Source: the human T2T-CHM13v2.0 reference genome, Homo sapiens
Reading direction: 5' to 3' (one strand)
Length of the DNA: 64,000 nt
Assembly (NCBI RefSeq): GCF_009914755.1
Contig: NC_060926.1
Below are positions 26,501-39,445 of the stretch, in pieces (within the stretch, counting starts at the first letter, position 1; each line of letters opens with the position of its first letter). The position numbers and the translations under genes are program-made. Under the pieces are notes generated by a model. The model did no database searches. It saw only the letters and a list, made by a program, of their open reading frames with translations, and had not been told where the DNA came from.

Positions 26501-26687
26501 TTTTTTTTGATAGTTCTAGGGCTACCACTAGTTTGTATGACATCTTCTGTGAATTAGAAGAGGGCATTCCTATTATGTAGATGTGGCCCTGTGGATGGCT
26601 TGGCAAGAGGCAGCACCTTAAGGAGTTAAAAAAAGATGCTCATGTTTCTAGGTGGAACCTGTCTAAATCCTATAACTCCATAAGAGA

Positions 26688-26813
26688 TAAACTTAGCTTT
26701 TATGTATAAACTCCATCTATGCTCCACAAATAGCAACCCTTTGGTCATTCCTAAACTTAGCTTTTATGTATAAACTCCATCTACGCTCCACTTACAGCAA
26801 GCCTTTAGTCATT
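26688..26813. repeat. 64-bp tandem duplication (2 copies)
   Basis: taaacttagcttttatgtataaactccatctaYgctccac...agcaaScctttRgtcatt starts at 26688 and again at 26752. Confidence 0.95.
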
Positions 26814-27169
26814 TATCTAGCTACAGGGTGCACTCACCCACAGCATGGTCTGTATTTTGGATGCTGGACCTGGGGAAACAGCCAGCCCTGGAAGCAGTTG
26901 TAGATAAGTCTAGGTAGAGAATTCTGAGGTCCTGAGTACCTAGAATGCAGTCTAGAGGGACAGGTGGTCACATCATTTTGGCCATGAAGATTCATCTCAT
27001 TGTGGGAAGAGGCCTCATCGGAGAAGAACCAGAGTGGGACTCCTGAAAGCATTAAGCTCAAAGCAGAAGCCCGTGTGTCTCTGTCTAAGGATGATGCATG
27101 CACTGAATATCCCCATCTACAGACTGATGGGGCATGAAGAGTGAGCAGATAATGGAACCTAAAGAAAAA

Positions 27170-27415
27170 GAACTGTTGGGATGAATTCCTTACAGGAGCT
27201 GGACCTCTTACAGGAGCCAGGTTATGGCAGGAATGAGCAGGGGATTAGAATGCTGAACTCCCTCTTCGCCTTCTCATTCCCTGTCGGTGTTTTCCATTGG
27301 CCAAACCCATCCAGAATTCAGAGGACAAGGGAGACTGTTGATGTCGCCTATACAGGTCAGCCTCTGGGGGAAAGAGCAGGGAATCTGGAGGGGAAACAGA
27401 GGAAAGACAACAAGC
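27170..27415 (-). mobile_element. ERVL LTR fragment (LTR33/LTR41-like)
   Basis: ccattggccaaaccc...cagaggacaaggga...ttgatg...aggtcagcctc...agagcaggg...atctggaggggaaacag matches the reverse LTR33/41 5' region. May extend left to ~26840. Confidence 0.6.
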
Positions 27416-27818
27416 CTTCTCAATAGAAAAGTGATCCAATTTACAAAGTGCTTCTTCACCAGTGTTTAGGATGACTGAAGATTGGAGAGGCTGGAGGCTA
27501 TGACAAATTAATAAAAAAAATTATTTATGTAACATAACTAGTTTGTCATTCCATACATTATGTTATTACTTCTTCACAATAACATAGCCTTGTGATGTAA
27601 GATAAGTACTGTAAGATCTTTCTTTTTTTAATGAGAAAACCAACAGTTACAAATTTAAATGACTTATCTAAGACAATACTGGCCTTTTTGATTCCCTGCT
27701 AGTTCCTCTGAGCAATGCCATAGTCAGCCATTGGTGAGTATTGGTTGTGTGGAGTGTCTGAAAGTCTGAGAAGGGGTGGCCAAATAGGAGACTGCAAAAC
27801 ATTGTGATTCTTAGCTGC

Positions 27819-27846
27819 TTTTTTTTTTTTTTTTTTTTTTTTTTTT
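27819..27846. repeat. Poly(T)28 homopolymer not attached to a SINE body
   Basis: Directly visible; followed by cctgttctgcag. Confidence 0.95.
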
Positions 27847-27942
27847 CCTGTTCTGCAGGCCTGAGGGCTGGAAGAGGATTGGTATGGTGTAAAGCTCTGT
27901 AAAAATATCCTTATCTACTTAAATTGTAGTTTTTCAAGTCTT

Positions 27943-28257
27943 TTTTTTTTTTTCTCTTTTTCAGGGGAGACAAGAGTCTCGCTCTATCTCCCAGGCTGGA
28001 ATGCAGTGGCACAATCTCGGCCCACTGCAACCTCTGCCTCCCGGGTTCAAGCGAATCTTGTGCCTCAGCCTCCTGAGTAGTTGGGACTACAGGCATGTGC
28101 CACCACACCCGACTAATTTTTTTATTTTTTTATTTTTAGCAGAGATGGGGTTTTACTGTCTTGGCCAGGCTGATCACAAACTCCTGACCTCAGGTGATCC
28201 ACCTGCCTCAGCTTCCCAAAGTGCTGGGATTACAGGCATGAGCCACCATGCCTGGCC
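27943..28257 (-). mobile_element. Alu SINE (AluSx-like)
   Basis: ctcctgacctcaggtgatcc. TSD tcaagtctt at 27934-27942 and 28258-28266. Confidence 0.95.
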
Positions 28258-29234
28258 TCAAGTCTTAACTTTAAACATTCTATTATGCTACTCTGAAATT
28301 ATAAATTAAAATTTAAAAAGTTATATGTCACATGAGATTTTTCAAAGATTTTCTTTTTAGATTTAATAAGATGGTTTCCTTAAGGATAATACTTCATTGA
28401 AAATTTATTCCTACTGAAACATCAGAGGACTGTACAATACACATGGACTGACAACCTCCAGGTCATAAATATATGGGAAGTAGTTACTAAATAGTATTAC
28501 TGCTATGGAAGAGACTGATAAGTATGCAGGGGAAGGGGTAATTTTTGAAAGTTTTCTGTAAGTCAAATAGATTTGGAAATGTCACATGTTAGCCCATCAA
28601 AGGCTCTGAAAGATCCTGCAGTGATGAGGCTGAGTCAGTTTGTTTAACCTGTAGAAGAGACTGACGATTGAACACTATCAAAATAGGGAAGGCAGGTAGA
28701 ACTCAGCTCTCATCAAAACTCCTATTTGATATATATCCTTCGCCTCAGTATTCTGATGGCTTAATTTGGAGAAAGAGTGATTTATTTTGAAGTGTTCTCT
28801 GGAGGTCATAATGTCTTCTCAGTTCTGCTGATATAAAATGTTATGTTTGAGGAATATGATGCGGAAAGTCTTTAGTGAGTTAATTTTCTCAGAAGGGGTA
28901 AAAGAAAGCTTTGTCTTCTAAAGTGTCAAAGCACCATAAACCCTTCAAGATCATACATTGATTTAATTGTTATTTTGAAAATTTGTTCAAATTCAACAAC
29001 TATATTTTATATTTTTCCTTCATCTAAAGTAATGTCTAAGGCTGTGCAATTCTCTCTAAAGGTATATAAGTGTTTCAATAACTCAAAGCATTTTCTCTTC
29101 CTATATTGTTTAGCTGAAAACACTCATTCAAATTATTACAGAAGTTAATGGAACTTCTAAAACATTGTTTGCTAATGAAAATATAACTTGTCCTTATACT
29201 AAATATCAAATATCAAAGCTACTAATTTTGTCTT

Positions 29235-29618
29235 TCCAGGATTCTTTTCCCTTCCACCATTCTGGTTTCAGATCCATACCACCACCCTCATGTCCCGTCC
29301 CCAAACACGCTTGACCCAGGATTGGCCCATGGAGTGCCCCAAGTCCAGCCATTTAAGAGCCTTTTCCAGGACAAAAAATATAACTGGATTTGAGCGAGAA
29401 AACAATCTTCTCAGCGATTGGTATGTGGGCCCCATGCTGCTGCTGACTATGGTCCTTCCCCAAGATAGAAAAATCATGGCAGCGGGAGAGAATAATGTGC
29501 AAGAAGAGAGACGGCAGTAGTGAGAGTCAATGCATTTTTCTTTGGGCTATTTAAGTTAGTTGTAGAGATTCTGTTGAGATTCTGTCACTTTGCAACTGAA
29601 AGTTATCTGATGAGCACA
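29235..29618 (+). mobile_element. Old MaLR LTR (MLT1J/K/L-like)
   Basis: tgacccaggattggccc internal motif and 3' end ttaagttagtt...ttctgtcactttgcaactgaaag...gagcaca. Confidence 0.55.
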
Positions 29619-30444
29619 CTAAAGGATAGCAATTATTTGATTCTTTGATATTTATGTTGGGTGTTGAAACTTTTACCTAGTAACTCTCTATTTGGCGGTA
29701 ATTCACTCCAGTGATGCTGATTGCAGTTAAAAAAGATCTTCATTTGAATATACAAAAACAAAAATGAAACTACTTGCAATTTCTTATGAAGGAAAATTTG
29801 TTATATTTTTTCCTAATGATGTGAAGCAACTCTGCAAACTGCCTAGGAAAAGATATGTCTTCCAGATTCGGGGACTTATTTCATGGGTATAAAGGTTTTT
29901 GAAGAAATGTATAAATTAGAACTCCATAGCCCTTGGCCTCTATATAGACACAGTAAATTATCTTAGAAAATAAGCCTTGAAACAAAATCAGGTCTTGATT
30001 GTTAGAAATGGGTTAGTAGCAGTTGAGAATTCTGCATTTTAATATAACAATCATATATATATGAATATGTTAAAATATATGCTTATATATGTATTTTTTT
30101 AGCAAAAGTAAACTATTTGTACTTGTCCAGTTATCTAACTTCTGCCAGTCAAAGAATAGGGTATGTTGACAACTCTTTGTTATTATCTTGATCTCAATCT
30201 TTCTGTTGGAGAAAGATATTGTGAGTTGTTAACAACTATGTGGTGAATAGCTACTGTGTGTAGAACATGTTGAATGATACTGGGGAGTAAAAAATTACAA
30301 AGTCATGGAAAACTCCACTGATTGCTACTGATGATGATGTTTTGAAGTTCAGCTACTCTGAAACACTCTGGTCCCATACACAATTGATATTAGAGTTGTC
30401 CACTTTCCACACTTCATTCCTTTATAAATAACAACTATGCTGCA

Positions 30445-30640
30445 GTTACAGATTACAAGTACTTTACACGTGCATAACAATTAATTCTCATAACATTATT
30501 GTGAAAAAGTTATTCTTATTTTGTAGATAAGAAAACTAATATTCATAGATTTTTATAACTTTTCAAAGCTTACTTGGCTAGCAAGTAGCAGAGACGCAAT
30601 TGAAACACAGTGTTTTTCTTTCAAAATCCTAATTTTTCAA
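30445..30640 (-). mobile_element. MIR SINE relic
   Basis: attttgtagataagaaaactaa...tggctagcaagtagcagag is the reverse MIR core. Confidence 0.65.
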
Positions 30641-31507
30641 ATATTGCCTTTCCAAACAGAACAACCATATATTCATTTTCCATTTAGATGATTTCATTTT
30701 ATCTATCACATTAAAATAGCATAATAATTCCTATGTTATTGAAAGAAGTTAAATATCTTTAAAAAAATACACAAAAAACGACGTTGACATTTACATTTCA
30801 ATACTCCATTGTTCACTTTCCTCCCCCAAACCTAGCAAAATGAAGCTGAGGCTATGGTAGGGGAGAGGTGGAGAGATCCATTTCACACTTTGTTTGCACT
30901 GCCTTTGGCATGTGGGGCCAGACAAACGAGAGGCAACCACAAATCCCCCCATCCGACCACTTGTCCAAAGGGGAGGTGAAAAGGTTTAGTGGGAAAAGTT
31001 TGACATTTTATCCCAAAACAAATATTAGAGATTATCTGTGGAATTAAATTATCCATATGTACACAGTCTAGGGAATTAACTCTATCTGAAATGGTGGATT
31101 ATTGCAGAAATTGAAACTAAGCCCTTAAGGCACTCCTTTTACTTTGTTCTCCATATTTTTTACAATCAGCTTTTAGATTATTTTGGCTATTTTGACGGCT
31201 GCTTTTCAGTATATTCCTATTTGGTATGTATTTGTGCACTGCTTGAGCTGGTCTGAACAATCTTTAAGAAAGTATTCCCCTGATAGCCCTAGAAGCAGAC
31301 AAGTATTACTTGAAGGGAAAAAGGAGATTTCTATTATGTTTGAGAGTCACAAGTGAGCAGAAGAAATTTGAGAAGTATAAAATACTCCACAGACTGCAAA
31401 TCCAAAACCAAAACATAACTAACAAGGTTTTAACAAAATAAAAAACCCACTGGTTTTTCTTATATATTTTTGTAAGAGGCACTTTTAGTGAGTTATTCTT
31501 TCCTGAA

Positions 31508-31582
31508 TATATGTATGTATACACACACACACACACATATATATACACACACACATATATATGTGTGTGTGTAATATATATG
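31508..31582. repeat. Compound (TA)/(CA)/(TG) microsatellite
   Basis: Alternating purine-pyrimidine tract with an internal palindrome. Confidence 0.95.
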
Positions 31583-32493
31583 CAATTTTTACTTAGCAAT
31601 CTTTCAAAAGACCCCAGATCTGGACAAGAATTGAGAAAATCAAACCAAATAAAAATAAATATGACATGGTCCTCACCATTTTATGAAAGCCCAAGAAATT
31701 ATTTCAGTGATGGAAGTATGTTAAGGGATATATGAAAGCAGTAAGACCATTTCCCTCAGCTTATTCTTTTTTATAACTACTTATTGGCATATAGCTAACA
31801 AATTTGGTAAAATCGCCTTCTCATCATGACTCTCTGAGTTTGGCGATATGTTCCCCCATGGGGAGGAACCCTGCAATAGGGTGGGTGAGTGAGGATGCAC
31901 TAGGAGAATGACTCTCCTGCCCCATTCCTCAATTTTTTGCCCAGCAGAAGTGGCACACATGAGCAGAAGCACGTTCAAGCTATTTATTACCTAGAAAATT
32001 TTACACATTTTAAATGTCATAGAAACTAAAAATAAATTGACTTCACTTTTAAACTACATCTTAGTTTTCCATTCTGAAGCATTTTCAACAATCATACTAG
32101 GTTTCATTTTGTAGTTTGAGCTAATTAAATGATCTTCAGAGGTGGTATTTCCCATGCTTGTTTGTATTTCCACAGAACAGGGAGCTCCATGTCAGCTCTA
32201 TACACTTATTCTGAAGTTGGGGCATAAAATGTGAGTCAGTGATTAAGAGTAATGGCAGTATATTGTGACCAAGTACTAGTAAAAGAACGCCTTGTCTGAC
32301 GTGGGTCTAATATGCCCAGGTTTGGTGTTTCTAGTTACTGCTGGGTGAGAATCTAAGACATACTGAAGACTCTATCACAGACTATGACTCATTTTAACAT
32401 TTATTCTTTTCTTCAACATCTGTTTTGTTGAAGAGTACAGCAGTGTTTATTGGACTAAGAAATGGGCCTCTGCTGGTGAGGTGAGTTCTAAGA

Positions 32494-32678
32494 CAGTTAT
32501 ACAACTTTAGTTTGCATGAGAATTACCTAGAAGACTTGTTAAAACACATCAGCTTAGACCCCAGCCCCAAGGTTTTTTATTAAGAATGTCCAATACGTGA
32601 CCTAAGCATTTCCTTTTCTAACAAATTCCCAGGTGATGCTGATGTTGCTAGTCCAGGGACCACACTTAGAAACCATTG
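32494..32678 (-). mobile_element. MER5A hAT-Charlie MITE
   Basis: ttctaacaaattcccaggtgatgctgatgttgctagtccagggaccacact..gaaaccattg is the reverse MER5A 5' half; ~185 bp long. Confidence 0.88.
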
Positions 32679-32845
32679 CTTTAAGCTACTCCCCATGTGT
32701 AGCTTAAATAATTACTCTTTAAGTGAAAACAGGTAATAGGCAGAAGAGGGACAAGGCTCAATGTGTCATGTGCTGTTATTAATTGCATAAATTCATTCTT
32801 AAAGGGACAGCAAGGACTATGAACGCCAATGTTAAGAGTTTTTTA

Positions 32846-33149
32846 GGCAGGGTGCGGTGGCTCACATTTGTAATCCCAGGATTTTGGGAGGCCAGGGCGG
32901 GTGGATCACTTGAGGCCTGGAGTTTGAGATTAGCGTAGCCAACATGGTGAAACCGGTCTCTACTGAAAATACAAAAATTAGCCAGGTGTGGTGGCACGTG
33001 CCTGTAATCCCAGCTACTTGGTAGGCTGCGGCACGAGAATCACTTGACCTGGAAGGCAGAGGTTACAGTGGGCTAAGATTGTGCCACTGCACTCCAGCGT
33101 GGGCAACAGAGCGAGAGTCTGTCTCAAAAATAAATAAATAAATAAATAA
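32846..33149 (+). mobile_element. Alu SINE (AluSz-like) with (TAAA)n tail
   Basis: gatcacttgaggcc; full dimer. Confidence 0.93.
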
Positions 33150-34674
33150 CATTTTATATAATCTCTGAGAAAGAGAAATTTAAACTTACATAAAAGTCAC
33201 TTCAGGGGCTAAATACTTTCCAGGTATCACTGGATGCTGATTCATTACACAATAAAAACACGTTGATAAGAATAATTTTAAAGTAAAGATTTAAAGATTT
33301 GTAAAAATAAGATCTTCAAAACCTGTTGCACAATCTTATTTTTAACAGTTTTAGGTTTTGTGGAAGAAGTTTGTACCAAAAAATAAAAAGTAAAAACTTA
33401 AGTTTCAGGATTGATTTCAATCTGATAATTGTCCCAGAGGAGACTTATTTTGTGGGACTTGAGAACCCTGAGAATCTGAACTAAATTACTCAGGCTGTTA
33501 AGACATCTATGATAGCTCTGAATGGTGCTCTGAGGGCCAAGCCAAAAGGATACTACTATTCCTGAAGACTGAACTCATTCCATGGAGTAGCCAATGTAGT
33601 GGGGAGTGTCCCTGGACTACTTAAATACTGCAGGACACACGTAAGAGGAATGTGCTGGTAAATACCTCAGCCTCACATTTCATCGAGAAATTTTAATATG
33701 TGCTGTGTTGTATTGTTTCCAATTTGGTTGCAGTGGTTATGCGAATTTTGCCTTACTTTATTTATATATTATGTCTCTGTGGTGTGTGAGCACTCAAGAA
33801 AATATGTAAGAAATATGATCATGAGTATAGCTTAAAAACAGTAAAACAGAGTTAATATAAGCTGGTTGTAAAATATAGTGCAGCAATATTGTTCCATATA
33901 TGCTATTTGAAATATTCTAGGAGGAGAATTAGGGCTTCCAAATTAGCAGGTTCCCCCTCTTACATATGAATAATATAACTAAATATTAATTTTTATTACT
34001 ATTTCCCATATAAAATATTTATGCTATGCAGATTTTCATATTCAAATATTTCTTTTTAAATTAATTTAATAAAATATTTGGGTTTTTTTTCCTTTAAAGC
34101 TCCTGATTGCCTCTTATAAAATGATGCAATGGTTAGAGGTCATTTTACCAGAGGTGAAGAACATAAAAAATAATTGTTGCAAAGAAAGTGAAGCATTTTG
34201 TACACAATTTCAATTCCAGTGGTAGTTAGCAGGAAAAGCTAAGGAAACAATGAACACAGTTTACTACTGTAGACAGAAAAGCAAAAATGTGAAATAACTT
34301 TCCAGTTTATTTCTTTTTTTTACAGGGGACATTATTCATAGAAACTGTAATTCAAGGACTCCAAACTAAAAATTATGACATTCTGTATTTGTTTTATAAT
34401 AAGAATTGTGATTCCACCAGGAAAAAAGGGCAACTGTTCAACTCTTTGATGACAAACCTTGCTTACTTTAGAGGTAGTTTGGTTTTTCAGAATGTTGCTT
34501 TAATAATTATCTAATATATAATATGAATTCTCTGTGGCAGCCTAGATTGCGAATTCCTTGAGAATACAGATTATTAATCATTGTTTATCACTGTGCCTTG
34601 CATTTAGTGAGTGTTTAACAAATCTTTGTTAATATTTTAGCTATATTTGGGATAGGTAGACCACTGGAAAAGTC

Positions 34675-34800
34675 AGCGTTTCATTCGCAGCTCTGCACTA
34701 GCTAGCTGCTTGGTTTCTAGAGCACACTTTCATTATGTGTAAAATGAAGGGAAGAGAATAAATGGCCTCTAAAGTTCTTTCTACCTCAAAAATCACATTC
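34675..34800 (+). mobile_element. MIR3-like SINE relic
   Basis: tgtaaaatgaaggg...aatggcctctaaagttctttctacctc resembles the MIR3 3' end. Confidence 0.5.
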
Positions 34801-34949
34801 TGCATAATTAAATGCTGTACAAGACCACTGCACCTTGCACAGAAATAATATACAAATTTAGAAAGTATAAATTGTGGTATGTTCTTAATAATATGGAATT
34901 CTTTCATTCCGTTTCTCCTTTTCTTCGCTCTCTGTTCTTCTTTCCTGAC

Positions 34950-35520
34950 ACCCAATCTTCCATAGCCCATCAAGCCTCCCTTTCTGCTCACACATTGTTA
35001 GTGGACCACAACAGTCCTCCCTTTGACTACTGCTGTGGCTTCACTTTACTTGATGCTACCAGTGTTCTCTAATGAAAGCAGTGAGGGTATTGGTTCTAAA
35101 ATCCTGATTCTTCATCTTAAAGTCATTTAATTACCTTCACTGTGTACACAATGAAGTCTTCAGCTGTGCAGACAGCATCCTCCAAGGTATGACCACCCTT
35201 ACCTTTTATTCCAATTTTTATCCACATAAAGATTTGCTATGCCATATTCCATGAGGATAAATCAGTCATTTGCTCCACTCTGGAGGTGCATGTCCTAGAT
35301 CATCGTCATAGAACTTTCTTACTTATCTTTCTTGCTAGATTTAGTTTAACCTACAAGGGCCCGTCTCTGTCCTCCACAGGGTCATATGCCTCAGACTGTA
35401 ATCATTCTGAAAGCAGGGGTCAGGTCTATTTTATCTTTATATCCCCATAGCACAGTGCGATTGATCCCTGGGCTCATAAAATTCTTGTGGACTGAATGAA
35501 TGAAAAGACAAATGAATACA
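34950..35520 (+). mobile_element. L2 LINE 3' fragment
   Basis: agactgtaa...gcagggg...tttatctttatatcccc.tagcacagtg...tgaatgaatgaa is the L2 terminus. Confidence 0.65.
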
Positions 35521-36779
35521 ATTTTATGTATACCTATTTAAGAATATTTTCAACTTGGCATCGGTAGCTAGTTTGTATGACACAGAAGGGAGGTTGTTGC
35601 ATCAATAATCATAGATTCAGAATCATTTTTTTTGTTTCAACTGGGCATGTCACATTAGTTTCCTCATATGTAAAATGAAGACTATTATGATCCATGCCCT
35701 AGCTGTTCATATGGGAAAAGCTAAGTGAAAGCACTATACAAATGTCAGTTGTATATGACTGGGAGTTCATTTCATTGTTCTCTGTCTTAATCATTTTGCA
35801 TGCTTGATGTCTGACACATAATAGCAATTAGTTTATTGACTTTCAACTTTTTAATCTCCTTATTTTGTAAAATCTGACCAGGGATTTCAAAGCTTTTTTA
35901 TTATTTCAAGAGTGGGTTTCTTAAATAATCTCCAAATAAAGAATAGAGACTTTATATTTGTATAACTATATATATTCTTTGCCTTTCTTTTTCACATGCA
36001 TATCACACAAGCATATACCATCCCCCTTTGCCCCTACCACAAACATAGTCAGGTGACGAGTGATCTTATTAGGTAATTTGCATTGCCAGAGGATTTGTTT
36101 ATGTTTTAGATAATTTACAGTTTAAGTATATAAACATTTTTATTAAAAATAAGATAGTTTTTAAGCAACCAACTTGCTTTCTTTGAAAAGTAAAGGAAAG
36201 TATGTAACCTAAATATATTAATAAATTATGAAAATTTGAGATCCCATATATAAATGTACAAAATAAATCATTTCAAATCATTAACATGTGTATTTAATGT
36301 CTTATGAGCAAGTAAGATACATTTTCAATCTTGAGAAATGTATAATCTAGTGAAAAAGGCAAACTTGCAAATACATAAATACTATAGCCCAAATATTTGA
36401 CTTGCCTATACATAATATTCATATCTTTGTGATCCAAAGTCAGGATGTCTAATTTTTTTACAGATTTATCTTTTCTAAATAATTTTGAAAATTTCTAGAA
36501 ATGCTCATGTCCATCCATGAATGTATCCTGTCAGTACTTACTTTGGCTGCTGATAAGCTTGCAAGTTTTGCCAAGCTTCCAGCTACTCTGAGGCTGGGCT
36601 TCAGCTCCCATGTTTTTTACCTTGACCTGCTTCCTTCTGTGATGCTCAAAGGCAATGAGACTGGAGAGGTGTTGCTCTTACCAGCAATAGACCTTTGCAC
36701 TTAATTATGCTTGATACTTAATTGAGAGGGAGAAATAGTCTTTCAGCAAGGTTTCTCTCATCTCAAAAGTTTACAGTGT

Positions 36780-37130
36780 TAAGGTTCCACAGGGCAGACC
36801 TCAATAGTCATGTAGACTTTTTAGGGGACACTGGGATACTTGTCCCAGTTCCTTAGCAGATAGCCTCCAGCTCTTAGCACCTTCAGGGTCTGCTGCCTGC
36901 AACCAAGGTCGACCCCTTCCCAAGGCAATACATTCTGATGGGCAGTTTTCACCCCAGAGCTCCCTATGGGGTTGGCCAAGGCTTTGTCAAGACTGCACTA
37001 CAGTTAAGTTGCTCTAATTACCCAGTTTGGCTCCCTTCCTCTTCCTTTCTTTAATGGGTATCAATCCTTAATAAACATCATGCACATCAAAATCTTTCAT
37101 ATTTGTTTCCAAAGAACCCTACCTGTGATA
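36780..37130 (+). mobile_element. ERVL LTR (LTR16-like)
   Basis: ccagagctccctatggggttggcc..ggctttgt..gactgca...aataaacatcatgcac...gaaccctacctgtgata matches the LTR16 3' half. Confidence 0.7.
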
Positions 37131-37468
37131 GAGATTTTGCCCTAAGCTGCTGCCTGCTCCTTCTGATGCCAAGCCAACCACTGGTTCCATTGCCAGCATC
37201 ATCTAGGGGTGGATCTTTTCTATTCCCCCAAGAAATAAAGCTTCTGCAAAAGAAGAATCCTCTGGTGTTCAGTGTAATCCTTGACACCATGATTCCTCAA
37301 AGAAACTCCTCCCATATGCCCTGGAGAATAATCCTTTCAGTGTGTTCAGGCTGTGGAAAACAAAAGCTGGCAAAAGGAATTTTCTGCAAGCAGTTCCTGC
37401 TTTTTACATTGCTTGCAACTTCTTCTGTTTAAGAAAGCCCAAATCTTTCTAAAAGCTTGGAGAGATTT

Positions 37469-37763
37469 ATTTATTTATTTAGAAGCAGAGTCTCACTCTG
37501 TCGCCCAGGCTGGAGTGCAGTAGTGCGATCTCGGCTCATTGCAACTCCTGCCTCCTGTGTTCAAGCGATTCTCCTGCTTCAGCCTCGTGAGTAGCTGGGA
37601 CCACATGCGTGTGCCATCATGCCCAGCTAATTTTTGTAATTTTAGTAGAGATGGGGTTTCACCATGTTGGCCAGGCTGATCTTGAACTCCTGGCCTCATG
37701 TGATCCGCCCACCTCAGTCTCCCAAAGTTCTGGAATTACAGGCAGGAGCCTCCGCACTCGGCC
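37469..37763 (-). mobile_element. Alu SINE (AluSz-like)
   Basis: Full Alu with a (TTTA)n tail. ~19-bp TSD taaaagcttggaRagattt at 37450 and 37764. Confidence 0.95.
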
Positions 37764-37829
37764 TAAAAGCTTGGAAAGATTTAATTCGACAGATAGGAAC
37801 ATGTAGTGCGAGCAAAGCATATATTGTTA

Positions 37830-38350
37830 TCTGAATAAATTATTCCAGGGTTTTAAGCAGGGGAATATCATTGCCATATCCATGCTTTAGAAACAGAACT
37901 ATGGCAAGAGAATAGAGGGTGACTTAGGGGTTGGGTGGGTTGAAAGCGAGTGAAGATAAAGAGGTTAGATATGGAGCTAACAGATCAGCCTGGGTGAGAA
38001 CTGAGGAAAGAGTGAACTATAGAAGAAGCTATGGACATAGAGAGTAGGAGGCTGAGTATAAATGATAATCCAGAGTCAGAAGTGCCTTATTTTAGAACTT
38101 GAAGAACAAGAGGGAGTCAATGACTAAAGATTCTATTTGGATCTAATGGAAAGACGATGATGCCATCAACAGAAATGGAGGCACAGAAATAGGGCTATTA
38201 TGACGGAAGGAGAGTGATTTTACTGGGGAGAAGGCAGAGTTATAGGTGACTGTTGGGAACATGGCAAAACAGTTGGATGGGTAGAGGCTAAAGTGGGGGT
38301 TCAGAATTACCCACTGGGAAGCACTACTCAGTCATACAGACTTGCTTTCT
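37830..38350 (-). mobile_element. L2 LINE relic
   Basis: ttttaagcaggggaa...gctttagaaa...gatgatgccatcaacagaaatgg resembles reverse L2. Confidence 0.55.
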
Positions 38351-39074
38351 TTACAGAACGTTCTTCAAGTGCCAGCGGAGTGATGTGGGTGGGGAGGGTC
38401 TTTGTCATCAGAAAGCTCCTACAGTTGATACATAAAATCTGTTGTTGTCCTCCTGATTCTACTCTCTATAGCAACAACTTGGATATGGGCTGGTTTCAAG
38501 AGGTGTCATGAGATGGTGCTGAAAGAGGAACAATTAAGCAGATAATACATCTGAAAGCAATATAAGTAGCTATGGGTTAAGTAGAAGACTGAGAACTAAA
38601 ATATTTTGCTCTTGTAAGAGAAGAAACAAGAAAAAATCTCCAGTGAATCTCCAGATAAAGAATAGAGACTCATTTCCTAACTCATCTTCTCTCGGGAGAA
38701 GAGAGAACTGATGAATATTCTACTCATCATCATTTGGAATCAGATTCAGCTGGAGGAATGGGGTTCTGCAATCCTTTGACATCATTACATTAATAAAAAG
38801 AGAAAGCTTTTGACCTCAAATGAAAAATCTCTTCCCTGTCATTTAAATATTAGCCATTAAATCTCTGCTTCCTGGAATCTGAAATAAAAATTCCAAATCT
38901 TTTGGAAACACAATTTTCATTCACAATTTGTCTTCTTACTAAGACATAGCAGATATTGATATGATCATTCACACTTTTCTCATTTTAATTGTCTAATATT
39001 GCACGGCATTTATAATTAAAGGTCATTTTAAAGATATTTCTTTAAAAAATTAGGGCTAATTATAGTATTTAAAA

Positions 39075-39445
39075 ATTCAATATTTATTTAGCACTTACAT
39101 GCCAGTTGATTTGCTTTTTCTGCATGATCTTTTATTGCTCCCATCCAATCTTTGAGGGAGGTGCAATTATTATTTATTTTTCTTTCTTTTTTTGTTTTTC
39201 TCTGACACAGGGCCTCACTCTGTCACTCAGGCTGGAGTGCAGTGGCACAAACATAGTTCATTGTGGCCTTGAAGGAAGTGTAATTATTATTCCTATTTTA
39301 CAAATGAGAAAAATAAAGCCAAGAGATTTTAAGTACCTCAAAGTCACATGGTTTATAAATGTGGAAGACAAGACATAAAGATAGAACTGCTTGATCGTAA
39401 AACACTTTATCTTGATTATGTATTATTCTAACTCCTCTCATGGCA
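39075..39445 (-). mobile_element. MIR SINE containing an AluJ fragment
   Basis: tatttattagcacttac.tgccag...attcctattttacaaatgagaaaa...caaagtcacatgg. Confidence 0.7.
39175..39273 (-). mobile_element. Severely 5'-truncated AluJ (3' ~70 bp plus tail)
   Basis: gacacagggcctcactctgtcactcaggctggagtgcagtggcacaaacatagttcattgtggccttgaa. Degenerate TSD ggaggtgcaattattatt / ggaagtgtaattattatt. Confidence 0.85.

Noticed and set aside
26688-26813. Repeat-spacer (CRISPR-like) reading of the 64-bp duplication
   Set aside because: Only two units, the supposed spacers are homologous to each other, and the DNA is primate.
28310-29050. Possible hAT MITE and LTR fragments
   Set aside because: Resemblance too weak to assign a family or boundaries without a search.
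33302-33344. 12-bp inverted repeat taaaaataagat/atcttattttta
   Set aside because: Short and very AT-rich; plausible by chance.
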